The position numbers and the translations under genes are program-made. A model generated the notes under the pieces. The model was not told the DNA's origin. It saw only the letters and a list, made by a program, of their open reading frames with translations, and made no database searches. Source: an uncultured Verrucomicrobiae bacterium (GTDB lineage: Bacteria > Verrucomicrobiota > Verrucomicrobiia > Limisphaerales > Palsa-1400). Taken from it: 64,000 nt of DNA. Position 1 is the stretch's first letter, and the number at the start of each line of letters is the position of its first letter. The DNA is taken from positions 1 to 64,000 of the forward strand of contig CAVXRD010000001.1 in the NCBI GenBank assembly GCA_963764165.1, in the 5' to 3' direction. Below, in pieces: positions 10,326 through 21,780 of the stretch.

Positions 10326-12163
10326 AAAAATGGATTCCGTGGTTAATTACCGGTGCGGTTGCGCTATGGTTTGGCTCGGGAGCGCTAGCTCCCAAGCGGG
10401 TGGATGGTTTTGATTTGGCCGGTTTCGGGAGGCTGCCGGTCCTTCTCAACGGCCGCATTCAGCCTTTCGATTCTGTTGCGCGCAATGCTTTGCTCAGCAT
10501 GAGCGGGCGCTCGACGGTGCGGTTGGCGGACGGCGGTTCCCTGTCCGCCCCGCAATGGCTATTGGAGATCATGGCCAACTCAGCTCTGGCCGATCAAAGA
10601 AAAATTTTCCGCGTGCAACACCCTGATCTGCAGGGCTTGCTTGGCGCGGAGAACCAAGGGCTTCAGCACTACTCCTTCCATGATCTGACCAATCAGATTG
10701 ATCCTCTAGAATCGCAGGCGCTCAAGCTGGAGGAAGCGGAGAGCAAACAAGGCGGGGACGCGGAAAAAGCGCGCACTCCGTTTCAAAAGGACTTGATGCA
10801 TTTATATGACAGCGTTGTGCTTTACAACCGGCTCAAGAACAATCTTGGTCCTGCGGGTGCCGAGGATTTTCAAGGGGAAATTGAGCTGTTTGCGGCGACG
10901 GCGACCACAAATTCCTTCAGCGAGGAGAAGACGCGCCTGCTTGAGGGATTCTATCGACGCTACGCCCGGGCGGCCGATTTCGCGTATGTCAGAGCCATCC
11001 CGCCGCGGCTCGGCGAGGATCGCAGTGCCTGGACAAGTGCCGGAGCGAGCCTGACTGGTTCACGGGAGGTTCATCCCGCGGTCAGGTTTTTCGCAGCCAT
11101 GTCCACGGCCTATCAAACCAACGATCCCGCCAGCTTCAACCGGGCGCTGGCCGGTTATCGTGTCTGGCTGCAAGAAAACAATCTCGAGCCGGAACTGGCA
11201 AAAGGATCGCGGGAATTTTTCTTCAATCAACTCGAGCCATTTTACAAAAGCCTGGTGATTTACATTGCCGCCGTCCTGCTCGGGTGCGTGTTTTGGATCA
11301 ATTTTTGGGAACCGGCGCGGCGGACTGGAGTTGCGCTGCTGGCGCTGGCGTTCATCATTCACACTTTCGGATTGGGTTTCCGCATGTATCTTGAAGGCCG
11401 GCCGCCGGTCACTAATCTGTACTCTTCGGCCATCTTCATTGGCTGGGGGTCGGTGGCGCTGGGTCTCATTTTGGAGCGCATCTTCAAAGGCGGCATTGGT
11501 TTGGTGTCATCGGGTTTGATTGGATTCATCACCTTGATCATCGCGCACCATCTGGCGCTGAGCGGCGATACGATGGAAATGTTGCGCGCCGTGCTGGATA
11601 CCAATTTGTGGCTCTCGACTCACGTCGTCGTAATTACCATCGGATATGCGTCCATGTTTGTCGCCGGATTGCTGGCCGCGATTTATATCGTGCGCGGTTT
11701 CTTCACTCGAACGCTCTCCGCCGAAACCGCCCGCGCCCTGGCGAGGATGGTCTATGGCATTGTTTGCTTCGCCACGCTGACAAGTTTTATCGGAACAATT
11801 CTGGGAGGGATTTGGGCCGACCAATCCTGGGGCCGCTTTTGGGGTTGGGATCCCAAGGAGAACGGAGCGTTGATGATCGTTCTTTGGAATGCCATTATCC
11901 TGCATGCCCGATGGGGCGGCCTGATCAAGGAACGCGGCTTGATGGCCATGGCGGTGTTTGGCAATATTGTGACGAGCTTTTCATGGTTTGGAGTCAACAT
12001 GCTGGGGATCGGGCTGCATTCCTATGGTTTCATGGATGAAGCTTTCTTCTGGCTGATGGTATTCGATGCCACGCAAATCGCGCTCATCGTCTTTGCCCTG
12101 ACCCCGGGCCGGTTCTGGGCGAGTTTCGCGCCGCGTTTTGCCGCCAAGCCAAGCTTGGCTTAA
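10322..12163 (+). CDS. ccsA: Cytochrome c assembly protein CcsA/ResC with large N-terminal periplasmic domain
   Basis: WWD motif GGIWADQSWGRFWGWDPKE, RPPVTNLYSS, WLSTHV, GLHSYG. Confidence 0.95.
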   Translation: MKKWIPWLITGAVALWFGSGALAPKRVDGFDLAGFGRLPVLLNGRIQPFDSVARNALLSMSGRSTVRLADGGSLSAPQWLLEIMANSALADQRKIFRVQHPDLQGLLGAENQGLQHYSFHDLTNQIDPLESQALKLEEAESKQGGDAEKARTPFQKDLMHLYDSVVLYNRLKNNLGPAGAEDFQGEIELFAATATTNSFSEEKTRLLEGFYRRYARAADFAYVRAIPPRLGEDRSAWTSAGASLTGSREVHPAVRFFAAMSTAYQTNDPASFNRALAGYRVWLQENNLEPELAKGSREFFFNQLEPFYKSLVIYIAAVLLGCVFWINFWEPARRTGVALLALAFIIHTFGLGFRMYLEGRPPVTNLYSSAIFIGWGSVALGLILERIFKGGIGLVSSGLIGFITLIIAHHLALSGDTMEMLRAVLDTNLWLSTHVVVITIGYASMFVAGLLAAIYIVRGFFTRTLSAETARALARMVYGIVCFATLTSFIGTILGGIWADQSWGRFWGWDPKENGALMIVLWNAIILHARWGGLIKERGLMAMAVFGNIVTSFSWFGVNMLGIGLHSYGFMDEAFFWLMVFDATQIALIVFALTPGRFWASFAPRFAAKPSLA

Positions 12164-12171
12164 ACCACCGG

Positions 12172-12681
12172 TTAGGTGGCTTCGGAATTTGCGAAAAGAA
12201 TTTTTGACAGGTGCCTGTCGAGGCTCGACAGCGCGCCCGCACAGGTTGCCTCGCGGGTTTTCACGAGAAGTGTGTCAGACCAAGCTTCTTCCTCGACTTG
12301 CTCGCTAATGAACCAATGGAGCAGCACTTGAGCTGGATAATCTTTCTCGGCCAGTGCGATTTCGTAAGCTGCGTGAATGCCCGCGGTATTGGCCCGCTCT
12401 AAATCATACACCGCCTGGGAAATGTCGTTGAGATGCTTAAAAGAGGACATCGGGGCAGCCAGGGTGCCAATGGTCGGGACCACTTCCCGGTCGGCGAGAT
12501 GCTTCAGAATTTTTTCGGCGTGGCTCTTTTCCTCCGCCACCTGATCATGAAAGAACTTGGCGAACCCCGCGTAATGATGAACCTCGGACCAGTAGGACAT
12601 GGCGAGGTAAGTCTGGGAGGCATGCAATTCCTGCCCAGCCTGCTTATTCAGCGCCGCAACAACCATGGGGGATATATCCAT
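12172..12681 (-). CDS. ftnA: Ferritin (non-heme)
   Basis: ALNKQAGQELHASQTYLAMS, EEKSHA, LHWFISEQVEEE; likely start is the ATG at 12681. Confidence 0.9.
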   Translation of the reverse strand: MDISPMVVAALNKQAGQELHASQTYLAMSYWSEVHHYAGFAKFFHDQVAEEKSHAEKILKHLADREVVPTIGTLAAPMSSFKHLNDISQAVYDLERANTAGIHAAYEIALAEKDYPAQVLLHWFISEQVEEEAWSDTLLVKTREATCAGALSSLDRHLSKILFANSEAT

Positions 12682-12806
12682 TATTGACAAAGGTATCGCG
12701 GGGCTTCTCCGCCGTCCAGAGAATTGTTTTGGCTTGCTCCCGGCAATTCGGCTTGCAGATGGAATGCACGAATCGAGTTGCTCTATGTGCCTCGATTTGA
12801 TTGTTT

Positions 12807-14537
12807 TCATGGGATGAAGGCCGTGCTTCGGGGTTGTTCCTCAGATCCATTTATGGGCCGCTCCTCCAGCGCATGCTCCTCGGCCTGCCATTCCTCGGAA
12901 ACCCGGCCATCCATGCAAGCCCGGTTCAAGGGATAAACGTCCGGATCAAAAATGACGTGGTATAAATGCCAGACCACGATGGCCAGACACGCCAGAATGG
13001 CTTCGTAGTAATGAAAGGTGGTGGCGACATCAATCGCCCAGCGCGGCAGCCAGTGGGTGGTGGTGAGTTTGAACCAAATCATCAAACCCGTTGCGCCCAT
13101 GATGATCGTGCCCCAAACCACCGCCCAGTATTCCATCTTTTCCGCGTAGCCAAACCGCCCGAATTTCGGCTTTTCCTTCCCCAGTCCTGTCAAATACCTG
13201 GCATTGGCCGTCATGTCGCGCGCGTCCCTTGGCCTTGGAGCCATGTCCTTGATGAGTCTTCGGCCTTTCCGGGTGGCCGTCACGTAGCAGATATGATAGG
13301 CCCCCACCGCCAGAATGACGATGCCAGCGATGCGATGTCCCCCGCGTCGAATTCCTTCGTCCGATCCCAGGAGCCGCGAAATCCAGGAGTCGGGGAATTT
13401 CAAGGCGAAACCCGTCAGCGCCAAGAGAATAAAACTCAACGCCAAAACGAAGTGTTGCGCGCGCTGGGAGAAATCCATGCGCAACACGGAGCGGTCTTCG
13501 CGGCGCGCCCGCGCGGCCACTTTGCGTCCGAAGATCAAGGCGTTGTGCGCCGCCATCAACCCGATCACGCTGAAGATTAAAACCAGGTAAGCTTTGCGCA
13601 CCCACCAACTGATCTGCTGCCCGAAATCGCCGCCGACCTCGGCGGAGGCGGAGTCAATATGAATTTTACCCTGCTCAAAATTGGCGCTGGCGCCGGGATG
13701 GCATTGGCCGCATGTCGCCGCCAGATTGTCTTTGTAAATGGTTGAGCGCGGGTCGGTGGAGGCAAGAATTTTATGGAAACCGTGGCAACTGCCGCAGTTG
13801 GCTGCCCGGGTCGAACCGAATTGCGCCGCCAGCCCGTGGTAACTGGCGAAGAACGTCTTTACGCGGTCGGCCGGCAAATTGAACTTGGTGTTGAGCCGCT
13901 CCGACGCGTGGCACTGGCTGCATATTTCTGAAATCGCGAGGGAGGAGCGGTTCTTGAGGCCCTGTATTTTGTGTTCCGAATGGCAGCCAGTGCAGGTGGG
14001 AGCATCGCGCCTTCCGACAGCCAGCGCCTGGCCGTGAACACTTTCGATCACGTCGCGAGACTCTTGTTCGTGGCATTGGCCGCAAGTCCTGGCCAGATTC
14101 GTAAAATGGAGCGGCGACGCGGGCAAATCCGCCGACAGGATATCATGTTTGCCATGGCAGTCGATGCACTGCGGGGCTGCGTGCGTGCCATTGTGCGCAT
14201 GGGCCATGCGGGCGTTGCCATGGACGCTCAACCCGTACGAGAGCGATTGATCTTTGTGGCAGCGCGAGCAATTGACCAGCCGCGCGGCCAGATTATCGTC
14301 CGGATGTTTGACAGTCAGATCACTGTGGCAACTGGCGCAGGAAGTCTTTTGATGCGCCGAACCGGCAAGAACGGCTGCGTCCACGTAGAGCAGCTTGGCC
14401 ACGCCCGCCGCGTTGGTCGAGGTCAAGGTTTTGTCGCTATGGCACTCCAGGCAATCGCTGTTCTTGATGTCTGCTGCAGTTAAAGCCGCCGCCCCAAGCC
14501 ATCCCGCCGCAAGGAAGATAAACACGCGGTTGAACAT
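12807..14537 (-). CDS. CbcL-like inner-membrane protein: 9-heme cytochrome c domain + FdnI/HydC-type cytochrome b domain
   Basis: Signal peptide and 9 CxxCH motifs, then TM helices with QRAQH, GHRIAG, RFGYAEKMEYWAVVWGT, FHYYEAILA and WHLYHV. Confidence 0.88.
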   Translation of the reverse strand: MFNRVFIFLAAGWLGAAALTAADIKNSDCLECHSDKTLTSTNAAGVAKLLYVDAAVLAGSAHQKTSCASCHSDLTVKHPDDNLAARLVNCSRCHKDQSLSYGLSVHGNARMAHAHNGTHAAPQCIDCHGKHDILSADLPASPLHFTNLARTCGQCHEQESRDVIESVHGQALAVGRRDAPTCTGCHSEHKIQGLKNRSSLAISEICSQCHASERLNTKFNLPADRVKTFFASYHGLAAQFGSTRAANCGSCHGFHKILASTDPRSTIYKDNLAATCGQCHPGASANFEQGKIHIDSASAEVGGDFGQQISWWVRKAYLVLIFSVIGLMAAHNALIFGRKVAARARREDRSVLRMDFSQRAQHFVLALSFILLALTGFALKFPDSWISRLLGSDEGIRRGGHRIAGIVILAVGAYHICYVTATRKGRRLIKDMAPRPRDARDMTANARYLTGLGKEKPKFGRFGYAEKMEYWAVVWGTIIMGATGLMIWFKLTTTHWLPRWAIDVATTFHYYEAILACLAIVVWHLYHVIFDPDVYPLNRACMDGRVSEEWQAEEHALEERPINGSEEQPRSTAFIP

Positions 14538-14774
14538 GCTTGGAGTTTGAATTCACAATGATCGTTGCCGCTCGTCATTGCTTGTTATTCATTTTGCAGT
14601 TCTTGCGCGGGCTTTCTGGTCTTTCGCTGCCATGAACCACAGGGTCACCATCCGCATCAAAAGCATAGCCGAACTTATCCGCTGCGTCAAATCGGAGAAG
14701 CGGGGTTAGCGCCTCAACTTTGAGTTGTCGGTCGAGACAAATAGTTCCAAATCACGAGACCGCCGTGCTCACGG

Positions 14775-17726
14775 CTAACCAAGCACATTGAAAAGCATAT
14801 TGAGCATGGCTTCCGCGGTATAAGGCTTTGGAATAAAATGTTTGACGCCGGCGTCAATAGCTTTGGAGATGCCCGCATTGGCGTCCAATCCGCTGGAGGC
14901 AATGATCTCGATCTGCGGATTCATGGCTAATAAAGCGACCATGGTGGCTGGTCCATCCATAATCGGCATGGCCATATCTGTCAAAACCACGGCAATTTCG
15001 CGCAGGTGGAGCGCGTAAAGAGAAATAGCAATGGCGCCGTTTTCGGCGAGCAAAACACGGTAGCCAAAATGCTCCAATGTTTTCTGGACCACGGTGCGGA
15101 CGGCTCGTTCGTCATCCACGACCAGCACCAGTTCGCCATGTCCTCTCGGCAGTTTGTTCAGCGCCATGTCCGCTGTTTCAAGAGGCGCTTGCGCCATGTT
15201 GGCTGGCAGATAGACCTTAAACGTGCTTCCCTTGCCAACTTCGCTGTAACAGTGGATGAATCCGCCATGACTCTTAACTATGCCCAATGTGGTGGACAAA
15301 CCCAAGCCGGTGCCTTTGCCGAGCTCCTTGGTGGTGAAGAAAGGATCGTATATCCTATTGCGTATTTCCTCGGGGATCCCCGTGCCCGTATCCACCACCT
15401 TGATGACGACATACGGTCCAGGTTTAGCGCTCAGATTCATGCCGCTATAAGTTTCATCGAGCATCAAGTTTTCCGATTCGATGGATAATTCACCGCCGTG
15501 GGGCATGGCATCGCGCGCGTTGACGGAGAGATTCAGCAGGACTTGGTGGAGCTGGGTCGCGTCGCCGGTGATGGTCCAGAGGTCTGGAGAAGCGCGGTAG
15601 CCGAATTTAATCGATTTGGGAAATGTCTCTTGAATGATATGCCGGATTTCACGGATAATCCGTGCGGGTTGAATGGGGACGCGATCTCCAGCGATGCCGC
15701 GGCCAAACGTCAGCACTTGCTTAACCAAACTGGCGCCGCGCTGAACATTGGTCTCCAATGAATCCAGCAACGCGCGCCCGTCAGCGTCAGAGATTTTGTC
15801 CTTCAACAGCTCAATGGAAAACAGCAAAGGCGCCAGCACATTGTTGAGGTCGTGCGCGATGCCACCCGCCAGCATGCCAAGGTTTTCCATCCTTTGCAGT
15901 TGCAGAACCTGCGATTCCAGCTTTTTTCTATCCGTAATGTCGCGGACGACTACTTGCGCCGCGGACTCTCCGTTGAAGGTAAAAGGTATGGCCGTGACCT
16001 CCACATCCACGGCGCTGCCGTCCAGGCGCAGAAATTGTTCAGGGAGCATTGGCGCGGTCAACCGCTCTGTCTGGAGTTTCGCCATGCGGGCTGCGACCGT
16101 TTCCCGGTATTTGGGGTGTATGAATTCCAGCACGGATCGGTGGAGAATTTGATCAGGATGGGTTGCCCCAAAAAGCTTCAATCCAGCGGCATTGACGTAG
16201 GCGAATTTGCCGTCGCATCCGATAAAGATGGCATCGGGTGAATTTTCCACCAACTGACGGTACCGCTGCTCGCTCCCTTGCAACGCCGACGTTGCCGCCA
16301 CCCGATCGGTGATATCAATGACCGTCGCCTCTATGTAGTTGGCCGTTCTTCCTTCGTCCACCGCCGACGAAAGGTTCACGAGCGCCCGGCAGGATTTGCC
16401 ATCCTTGCGCTTTAAGCACATTTCATAATCCGCCAGCACTCGGCTCTCCTTGAAGCGAGCAAGCATGGCGTGCCGATCCTCCGGGTTGAAATACAAGTCC
16501 GTGACGTGGCGGGTCTTGATCTCTTCAATAGAATTATAGCCAAGCATGCGTACCAAAGATTCATTGCACTCCACGATCTGGCCATTCATCAGGGTCGTCA
16601 GGACTCCGGCGGCGTTGTGTTCAATAAAACGGCGGCAGCGCCGTTCGGACTGTCGCAAGGTATCCAGTGCCAGCTTGCGCTCTGTGATATTCGCAAATAC
16701 AAGCGCGACATGTCCACTCGCCGGATTATAGACCGAGGCGTCCACCCATGCGCCCGAGGATGCCAGCTTCATCTCGAAGCGTTCGGGCTGGCCGGTCGCA
16801 TTCACCCGGCCAAAAATCTCGAACAATTCCGGGCGGGCCTCTTTGATGCCCGGAATGACCTCCGTGAGCTTTCTCCCTATGACATCCTTCAGACCGGTGA
16901 TATTCTCGAAGGCTTGGTTGACCGCCACATAAATGGCATCCACTGGCTGGCCATATGCATAGACAAACTGGCAATAGGCAAAGCCTTCCAGCATGTTCGC
17001 AAACAAGGAACGGTAGCGGGACTCGCTTTCCCGCAATGCGTCCTCCCCCTTCTTCTGTTCGGTGATGTCCTCTTTGACGGCTAAAAAGTGCGTGGTTTTG
17101 CCGATCTCATTGAAAACCGGCACGATCGAAGCGCTCTCCCAGAATAGCTCGCCATTCTTCTTTCGGTTGTGGAACGTCCCGCGCCATTCCTTGCCGGCAA
17201 GAATCGTGCTCCACAATTGCTTGTACTCTTCCGGTGGCGTTTCACCGGACTTCAGAACGCTCGGTTTTTGGCCAATCACGTCGTCGGGGGCGTAGCCTGT
17301 TATCGCCGCAAACTTGGGATTGACGTAGGAAATCCTGCCGGCCAGGTCAGTGATCACAACTGAGACAGGACTTTGCTCAACGGCGCACGATAGAACGCGG
17401 GCCTCGTCGGTTGCCCGCCGAAGTTGAACCAAAAGGCATGACACAACCCAAAGCGTGCCAATGCCCAGGCAGATATTGACCACCGACGTGCCAAAATCCA
17501 TTCCAGCGGGAGAAAAATAGAATCCTATTACTGTCAGCGACGACAAGACGGCGGCCATTAGAAATGGCGAGAATTGCCGGTTGCCATAGTGCGAAAGCAG
17601 CAGCGGGATGAAATACAGCACCCAATCAGCTTCTCCCTGTGGAGTGAAACAGTCAAAAATGAAAATCCCAATGATCAGCGCCGGAATGGCAAAGGGGACA
17701 ATTTGCCTGATGCGAGATGAGATCAT
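14775..17726 (-). CDS. Hybrid sensor histidine kinase (TM region, about 4 PAS domains, HisKA, HATPase, REC)
   Basis: [49 protein letters not shown]; start is ATG 17726 or GTG 17813. Confidence 0.93.
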   Translation of the reverse strand: MISSRIRQIVPFAIPALIIGIFIFDCFTPQGEADWVLYFIPLLLSHYGNRQFSPFLMAAVLSSLTVIGFYFSPAGMDFGTSVVNICLGIGTLWVVSCLLVQLRRATDEARVLSCAVEQSPVSVVITDLAGRISYVNPKFAAITGYAPDDVIGQKPSVLKSGETPPEEYKQLWSTILAGKEWRGTFHNRKKNGELFWESASIVPVFNEIGKTTHFLAVKEDITEQKKGEDALRESESRYRSLFANMLEGFAYCQFVYAYGQPVDAIYVAVNQAFENITGLKDVIGRKLTEVIPGIKEARPELFEIFGRVNATGQPERFEMKLASSGAWVDASVYNPASGHVALVFANITERKLALDTLRQSERRCRRFIEHNAAGVLTTLMNGQIVECNESLVRMLGYNSIEEIKTRHVTDLYFNPEDRHAMLARFKESRVLADYEMCLKRKDGKSCRALVNLSSAVDEGRTANYIEATVIDITDRVAATSALQGSEQRYRQLVENSPDAIFIGCDGKFAYVNAAGLKLFGATHPDQILHRSVLEFIHPKYRETVAARMAKLQTERLTAPMLPEQFLRLDGSAVDVEVTAIPFTFNGESAAQVVVRDITDRKKLESQVLQLQRMENLGMLAGGIAHDLNNVLAPLLFSIELLKDKISDADGRALLDSLETNVQRGASLVKQVLTFGRGIAGDRVPIQPARIIREIRHIIQETFPKSIKFGYRASPDLWTITGDATQLHQVLLNLSVNARDAMPHGGELSIESENLMLDETYSGMNLSAKPGPYVVIKVVDTGTGIPEEIRNRIYDPFFTTKELGKGTGLGLSTTLGIVKSHGGFIHCYSEVGKGSTFKVYLPANMAQAPLETADMALNKLPRGHGELVLVVDDERAVRTVVQKTLEHFGYRVLLAENGAIAISLYALHLREIAVVLTDMAMPIMDGPATMVALLAMNPQIEIIASSGLDANAGISKAIDAGVKHFIPKPYTAEAMLNMLFNVLG

Positions 17727-18147
17727 GGCATCACCTATTGATCCCCGTGGCCAGGTCGGTTGCCCTGAGCGGTTTTTTGGGTGCAGCGCGCTCCGAATGG
17801 TTTGGAATAGCACAGTTATTCATGCACTTACTATTCGTCATCGCGAGCGCATCACTATCGCCCTTTTTTGGCTTTCTTAAGCCAAAAATTGGGTTCCGCA
17901 GATCCTGTGCTGAGATCCGGCGGACCAAGCGGCGCCCTGGCAGGGCGCAGCATTGAATGTGCATATAATCTCGAAAAAGCCATTACACCCGTTACATCAT
18001 TGATTATCAACCGGATAACCCGCTACAAAAATAGCTCCAGAGCCGCTACAGACCCGGTACATTTCTTCCCAGAGGGTTGCCATTGAATGAAACAATGCGT
18101 TTTCCGTGGGCTCTTAAAGCAGTCGTCGCGGATGCGTTGGCCACAAT

Positions 18148-21100
18148 TCATTCCACTGAAGACAGAGAAGAACCTTTGAATATCTCCGCGGGCGCTTTGG
18201 CGCCGCTGGACATTTTTTCGTATAAAGCGAATTTTCTTAGAACCTCATTTTGCGCGGCCTGAAGAACCTCTTTGCCTTGCGCCGAATCCTTGCCTGTGAG
18301 GAGTTGAAACCGCCTCTCGGAGGCCCAGAGTTTTTCCAAGGGAGTCTTAGGAGCGGATGAATCAAGCTTCAATCCGGGCTCGCCCGCCTCGACGCGCCGC
18401 GGATCGAACCTGTAAAGCGGCCAGAAGCCGGTGTCGACGGCCAGCTTTTGCTGGTCCAAGCCAAATCCCAGGGAATAACCATGCTCAATGCAAGGACTGT
18501 AGGCTATGATAAGAGAAGTCCCAGGGTATGACTCGGCCTCCTCAAAAGCCTTGACGGCTTGGGAATCCTTCGAGCCAAGTGCTATTTGGGCCACATATGC
18601 CGTGCCGTAAGCCATCGCGATCAAGCCAAGGTCTTTCCGTCCGCTCCGCTTGCCAGCCACGGCGAATCTGGCCGAAGCGCCACGCGGCGTCGATTTAGAC
18701 TGCTGTCCGCCGGTGTTGGAATATACTTCCGTGTCCAGGACGAGGATGTTGACCTTGGCGTTCATGGCCAGAACGTGGTCCAATCCGCCGAAACCGATGT
18801 CATAAGCCCAGCCGTCGCCACCGACAATCCAGATGGATTTTCGCACAAGCGCATCCGCCAGCGTATTTAGTCTGGCGGCGTCCGGCCCGGGCAGAGAGGA
18901 GAGCGTCCGGCGCAATTGCACCACTCGCTCGCGTTGCTGGCGGATTTCCGCGTCCGTTTCCTGTTTGGCCGCGAGCAATTCGTCCACCAAGGCAGCTCCG
19001 ATCTGCGCGGAGAGCTTTTTCGCCAGTTCCTGCGCGAATTCTGTGCGCTTGTCCAAAGCTGTCCGCTGGCCAAAACCGTATTCGGCGTTGTCCTCGAAAA
19101 GCGAATTGGACCAGGCGGGGCCGCGGCCCTCGCCGTTAACCGCGTAGGGAGTCGTTGGCAAATTGCCGCCGAAAATCGAGGAGCAGCCGGTTGCGTTGGC
19201 GATGATCAGGCGGTCGCCGGCCAACTGCGTTAGCAGCTTGACGTAGGGCGTTTCGCCGCAACCGGAACAAGCGCCGGAAAATTCCAGCAGCGGCTCGCGG
19301 AATTGCGTGCTCTTGACATCCGAGGCCAGCCGCGCCGGGTCAGGCAAAGGCAGCTTAAGGAAGAATTCGAAATTGGCCTTCTCGCGTTCGCGCAACGGCG
19401 CCATCGGTTCCATGTTGATCGCCCTGCGCGTGGGATCAGCCTTGGATTTGACAGGGCAGACGGCGACACAAAGCGTGCAGCCAGTGCAATCCTCCGGGGC
19501 GACTTGCAGGGAATACTTGGAATCCTTCCATTCCTGCGAGCGAAAAGCGGTGGATTTGAAGGTTTCCGGCGCGCCAGCCAATTTGTTGGCCGGGTAAAAC
19601 TTCGCCCGGATAGCGGCGTGCGGACAGACCAGGACGCATTTATTGCATTGGATGCAGATGGACGAATCCCACGCTGGAATGTCCAGGGCAATGGCCCGTT
19701 TTTCCCAGCGGGTGGTGCCAGTGGGCCAGGTGCCGTCCACCGGAAACGCGCTGACGGGGAGCAAATCGCCCTTGTTGGCCAGCATGACGGCGGTGACACG
19801 CTGGACAAAATCCGGCGCGTCCGTCGGCACAATGGGCGTTTGGTGGCGGGTCGCCGAAACGGTCTCGGGCACACGGACTTCGTGCAACGCGGCGAGGGTT
19901 TGGTCGACCGCCGCGAAATTCTTATCGATGACCGCCTGGCCTTTCTTGGCGTAGGACTTGCCGATGGCTTTTTTGATTTGCGCAATGGCCTCCTCGCGCG
20001 GCAGCACGTTCGACAGGGCGAAGAAGCACGTCTGCATGATGGTATTGATGCGCCCGCCCATGCCCGTGGCTTTGGCCACCGTCGAGGCGTCGATCACATG
20101 GCATTTGAGTTTTTTGGCGATGATCTCCTGCTGTGTCTCGACGGAAAAATGATTCCAAACGTCGCCTGGCGCGAAGGGGGAATTGAGCAGCAGCGTGGCG
20201 CCTTCCTGAGCGTAATCCAGAACGTTGTAGCGACCCAGGAACGCCCATTGATGGCAGGCAACGAAACTGGCTTTTGATATCAGCCAGGGCGCGCGGATGG
20301 AATTCGGCCCGAAGCGCAAGTGGGAGATCGTCATCGCGCCGGACTTCTTGGAATCATAGACAAAATAGCCCTGCGCGTGGAGGCCGGTGTCTTCGCCGAT
20401 GATTTTGATCGTGTTCTTGTTGGCTCCGACCGTGCCGTCGGCGCCGAGTCCGAAAAAGACCGCTCGCACGACATCGCTGGGTTCAAGATCAAATTCGCTG
20501 TCAAACGGCAGCGAGGTGTGGGTGAGATCGTCGATGATGCCGATGGTGAAATGATTTTTCGGCTCGGGCCGGCCAAGCTGGTCGAATACAGATTTGGCCA
20601 TCGCCGGGGTGAATTCCTTGGACGACAAACCATAGCGCCCGCCGACCACCACCGGATCCGCGTCGAAGGAGGCCAAGCCCCGGTCACAAGCTTCGCGCAG
20701 GGCAGTTACGACATCCACATAGAGTGGCTCACCCACCGCGCCCGGCTCCTTGGTGCGGTCAAGCACGGCGATTCGCCGGACGCTGGAAGGCAGTGCGGCG
20801 ATAAAAGCGCCTACTGAAAACGGCCGGTACAAACGCACGCGCAAAACACCAGTTCTCTCACCATGACGATTCAGCCATTCGACCGTTTCCTGCGCGGTCT
20901 CGCCGCCCGAGCCCATGATGATCAACACACGCTCGGCATTGGGATGGCCGGCGTAATCGAACAGCCGGTATTGCCGGCCGGTGATTCCTGCGAAGCGATC
21001 CATGGCTTCCTGCACGAGGCCGGGAGTGTTTTCGTAAAAGGAGTTGCACGCTTCGCGCGCCTGAAAAAAAACATCGGGATTCTGCGCCGTGCCGCGAACG

Positions 21101-21780
21101 CTGGGGCGGTCTGGCGTCAGGCCGTGGTTGCGGAAGGCTTGGATGAACGTCTCGCAAGGATCTATCATCGCGTGCAACTGTTCGTCCGTCAGGGCACGGA
21201 TTTTGGCCACTTCGTGCGAAGTGCGGAAACCGTCAAAGAAATGAAGGAATGGCACGCGCGAGGCCAGGGTGGACGCGTGCGCGATGCTCGCGAAATCCTG
21301 CGCCTCCTGCACTGAGCCCGATGACAACATGGCGAATCCGGTGGAACGGCAAGCCATCACATCGGAATGATCGCCGAAGATGGAAAGCGCGTGTGTCGCC
21401 AGCGTGCGCGCGGTCACATGCATGCAGAACGGCAGCAATTCGCCGGCGATTTTGTACATGTTTGGGATCATCAATAGCAGGCCTTGCGAGGCGGTGAAGG
21501 TTGTGCTCAGCGAACCGACTTGCAGCATCCCATGCAATGCGCCAGCGGCCCCGGCTTCCGATTGCATTTCCACCAGGCGCGGCACGGTGCCAAATAAATT
21601 GGGACGGCTCGCGGCGGACCATTGGTCACACCATTCAGCCATGGGCGAGGACGGGGTGATTGGATAGATCGCGACGGTTTCGCTGAGGCGGTAAGCAACG
21701 GAGGCCGCGGCCTCATTTCCGTCCAGCGTGGTGAATGGCACGGTCTCTTTGGTTGTTGAAGATGCGTTCATATTGGACAT
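18148..21780 (-). CDS. nifJ: Pyruvate:ferredoxin/flavodoxin oxidoreductase
   Basis: 1210 aa; YPITPSS, two 4Fe-4S motifs (CIQCNKC, CTGCTLC), SGACSGCGE, GGDGWAYDIG. Confidence 0.97.
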   Translation of the reverse strand: MSNMNASSTTKETVPFTTLDGNEAAASVAYRLSETVAIYPITPSSPMAEWCDQWSAASRPNLFGTVPRLVEMQSEAGAAGALHGMLQVGSLSTTFTASQGLLLMIPNMYKIAGELLPFCMHVTARTLATHALSIFGDHSDVMACRSTGFAMLSSGSVQEAQDFASIAHASTLASRVPFLHFFDGFRTSHEVAKIRALTDEQLHAMIDPCETFIQAFRNHGLTPDRPSVRGTAQNPDVFFQAREACNSFYENTPGLVQEAMDRFAGITGRQYRLFDYAGHPNAERVLIIMGSGGETAQETVEWLNRHGERTGVLRVRLYRPFSVGAFIAALPSSVRRIAVLDRTKEPGAVGEPLYVDVVTALREACDRGLASFDADPVVVGGRYGLSSKEFTPAMAKSVFDQLGRPEPKNHFTIGIIDDLTHTSLPFDSEFDLEPSDVVRAVFFGLGADGTVGANKNTIKIIGEDTGLHAQGYFVYDSKKSGAMTISHLRFGPNSIRAPWLISKASFVACHQWAFLGRYNVLDYAQEGATLLLNSPFAPGDVWNHFSVETQQEIIAKKLKCHVIDASTVAKATGMGGRINTIMQTCFFALSNVLPREEAIAQIKKAIGKSYAKKGQAVIDKNFAAVDQTLAALHEVRVPETVSATRHQTPIVPTDAPDFVQRVTAVMLANKGDLLPVSAFPVDGTWPTGTTRWEKRAIALDIPAWDSSICIQCNKCVLVCPHAAIRAKFYPANKLAGAPETFKSTAFRSQEWKDSKYSLQVAPEDCTGCTLCVAVCPVKSKADPTRRAINMEPMAPLREREKANFEFFLKLPLPDPARLASDVKSTQFREPLLEFSGACSGCGETPYVKLLTQLAGDRLIIANATGCSSIFGGNLPTTPYAVNGEGRGPAWSNSLFEDNAEYGFGQRTALDKRTEFAQELAKKLSAQIGAALVDELLAAKQETDAEIRQQRERVVQLRRTLSSLPGPDAARLNTLADALVRKSIWIVGGDGWAYDIGFGGLDHVLAMNAKVNILVLDTEVYSNTGGQQSKSTPRGASARFAVAGKRSGRKDLGLIAMAYGTAYVAQIALGSKDSQAVKAFEEAESYPGTSLIIAYSPCIEHGYSLGFGLDQQKLAVDTGFWPLYRFDPRRVEAGEPGLKLDSSAPKTPLEKLWASERRFQLLTGKDSAQGKEVLQAAQNEVLRKFALYEKMSSGAKAPAEIFKGSSLSSVE

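Noticed and set aside
12682..12810. 43-aa N-terminal extension of ferritin
   Set aside because: Ferritin homology starts at Met 12681; the extension looks like intergenic read-through, although an ATGA overlap with the upstream gene means it cannot be fully excluded
17990..18012. FNR or Fur box (TTGATTATCAA)
   Set aside because: Half-site spacing is wrong for FNR and the match to Fur is only partial
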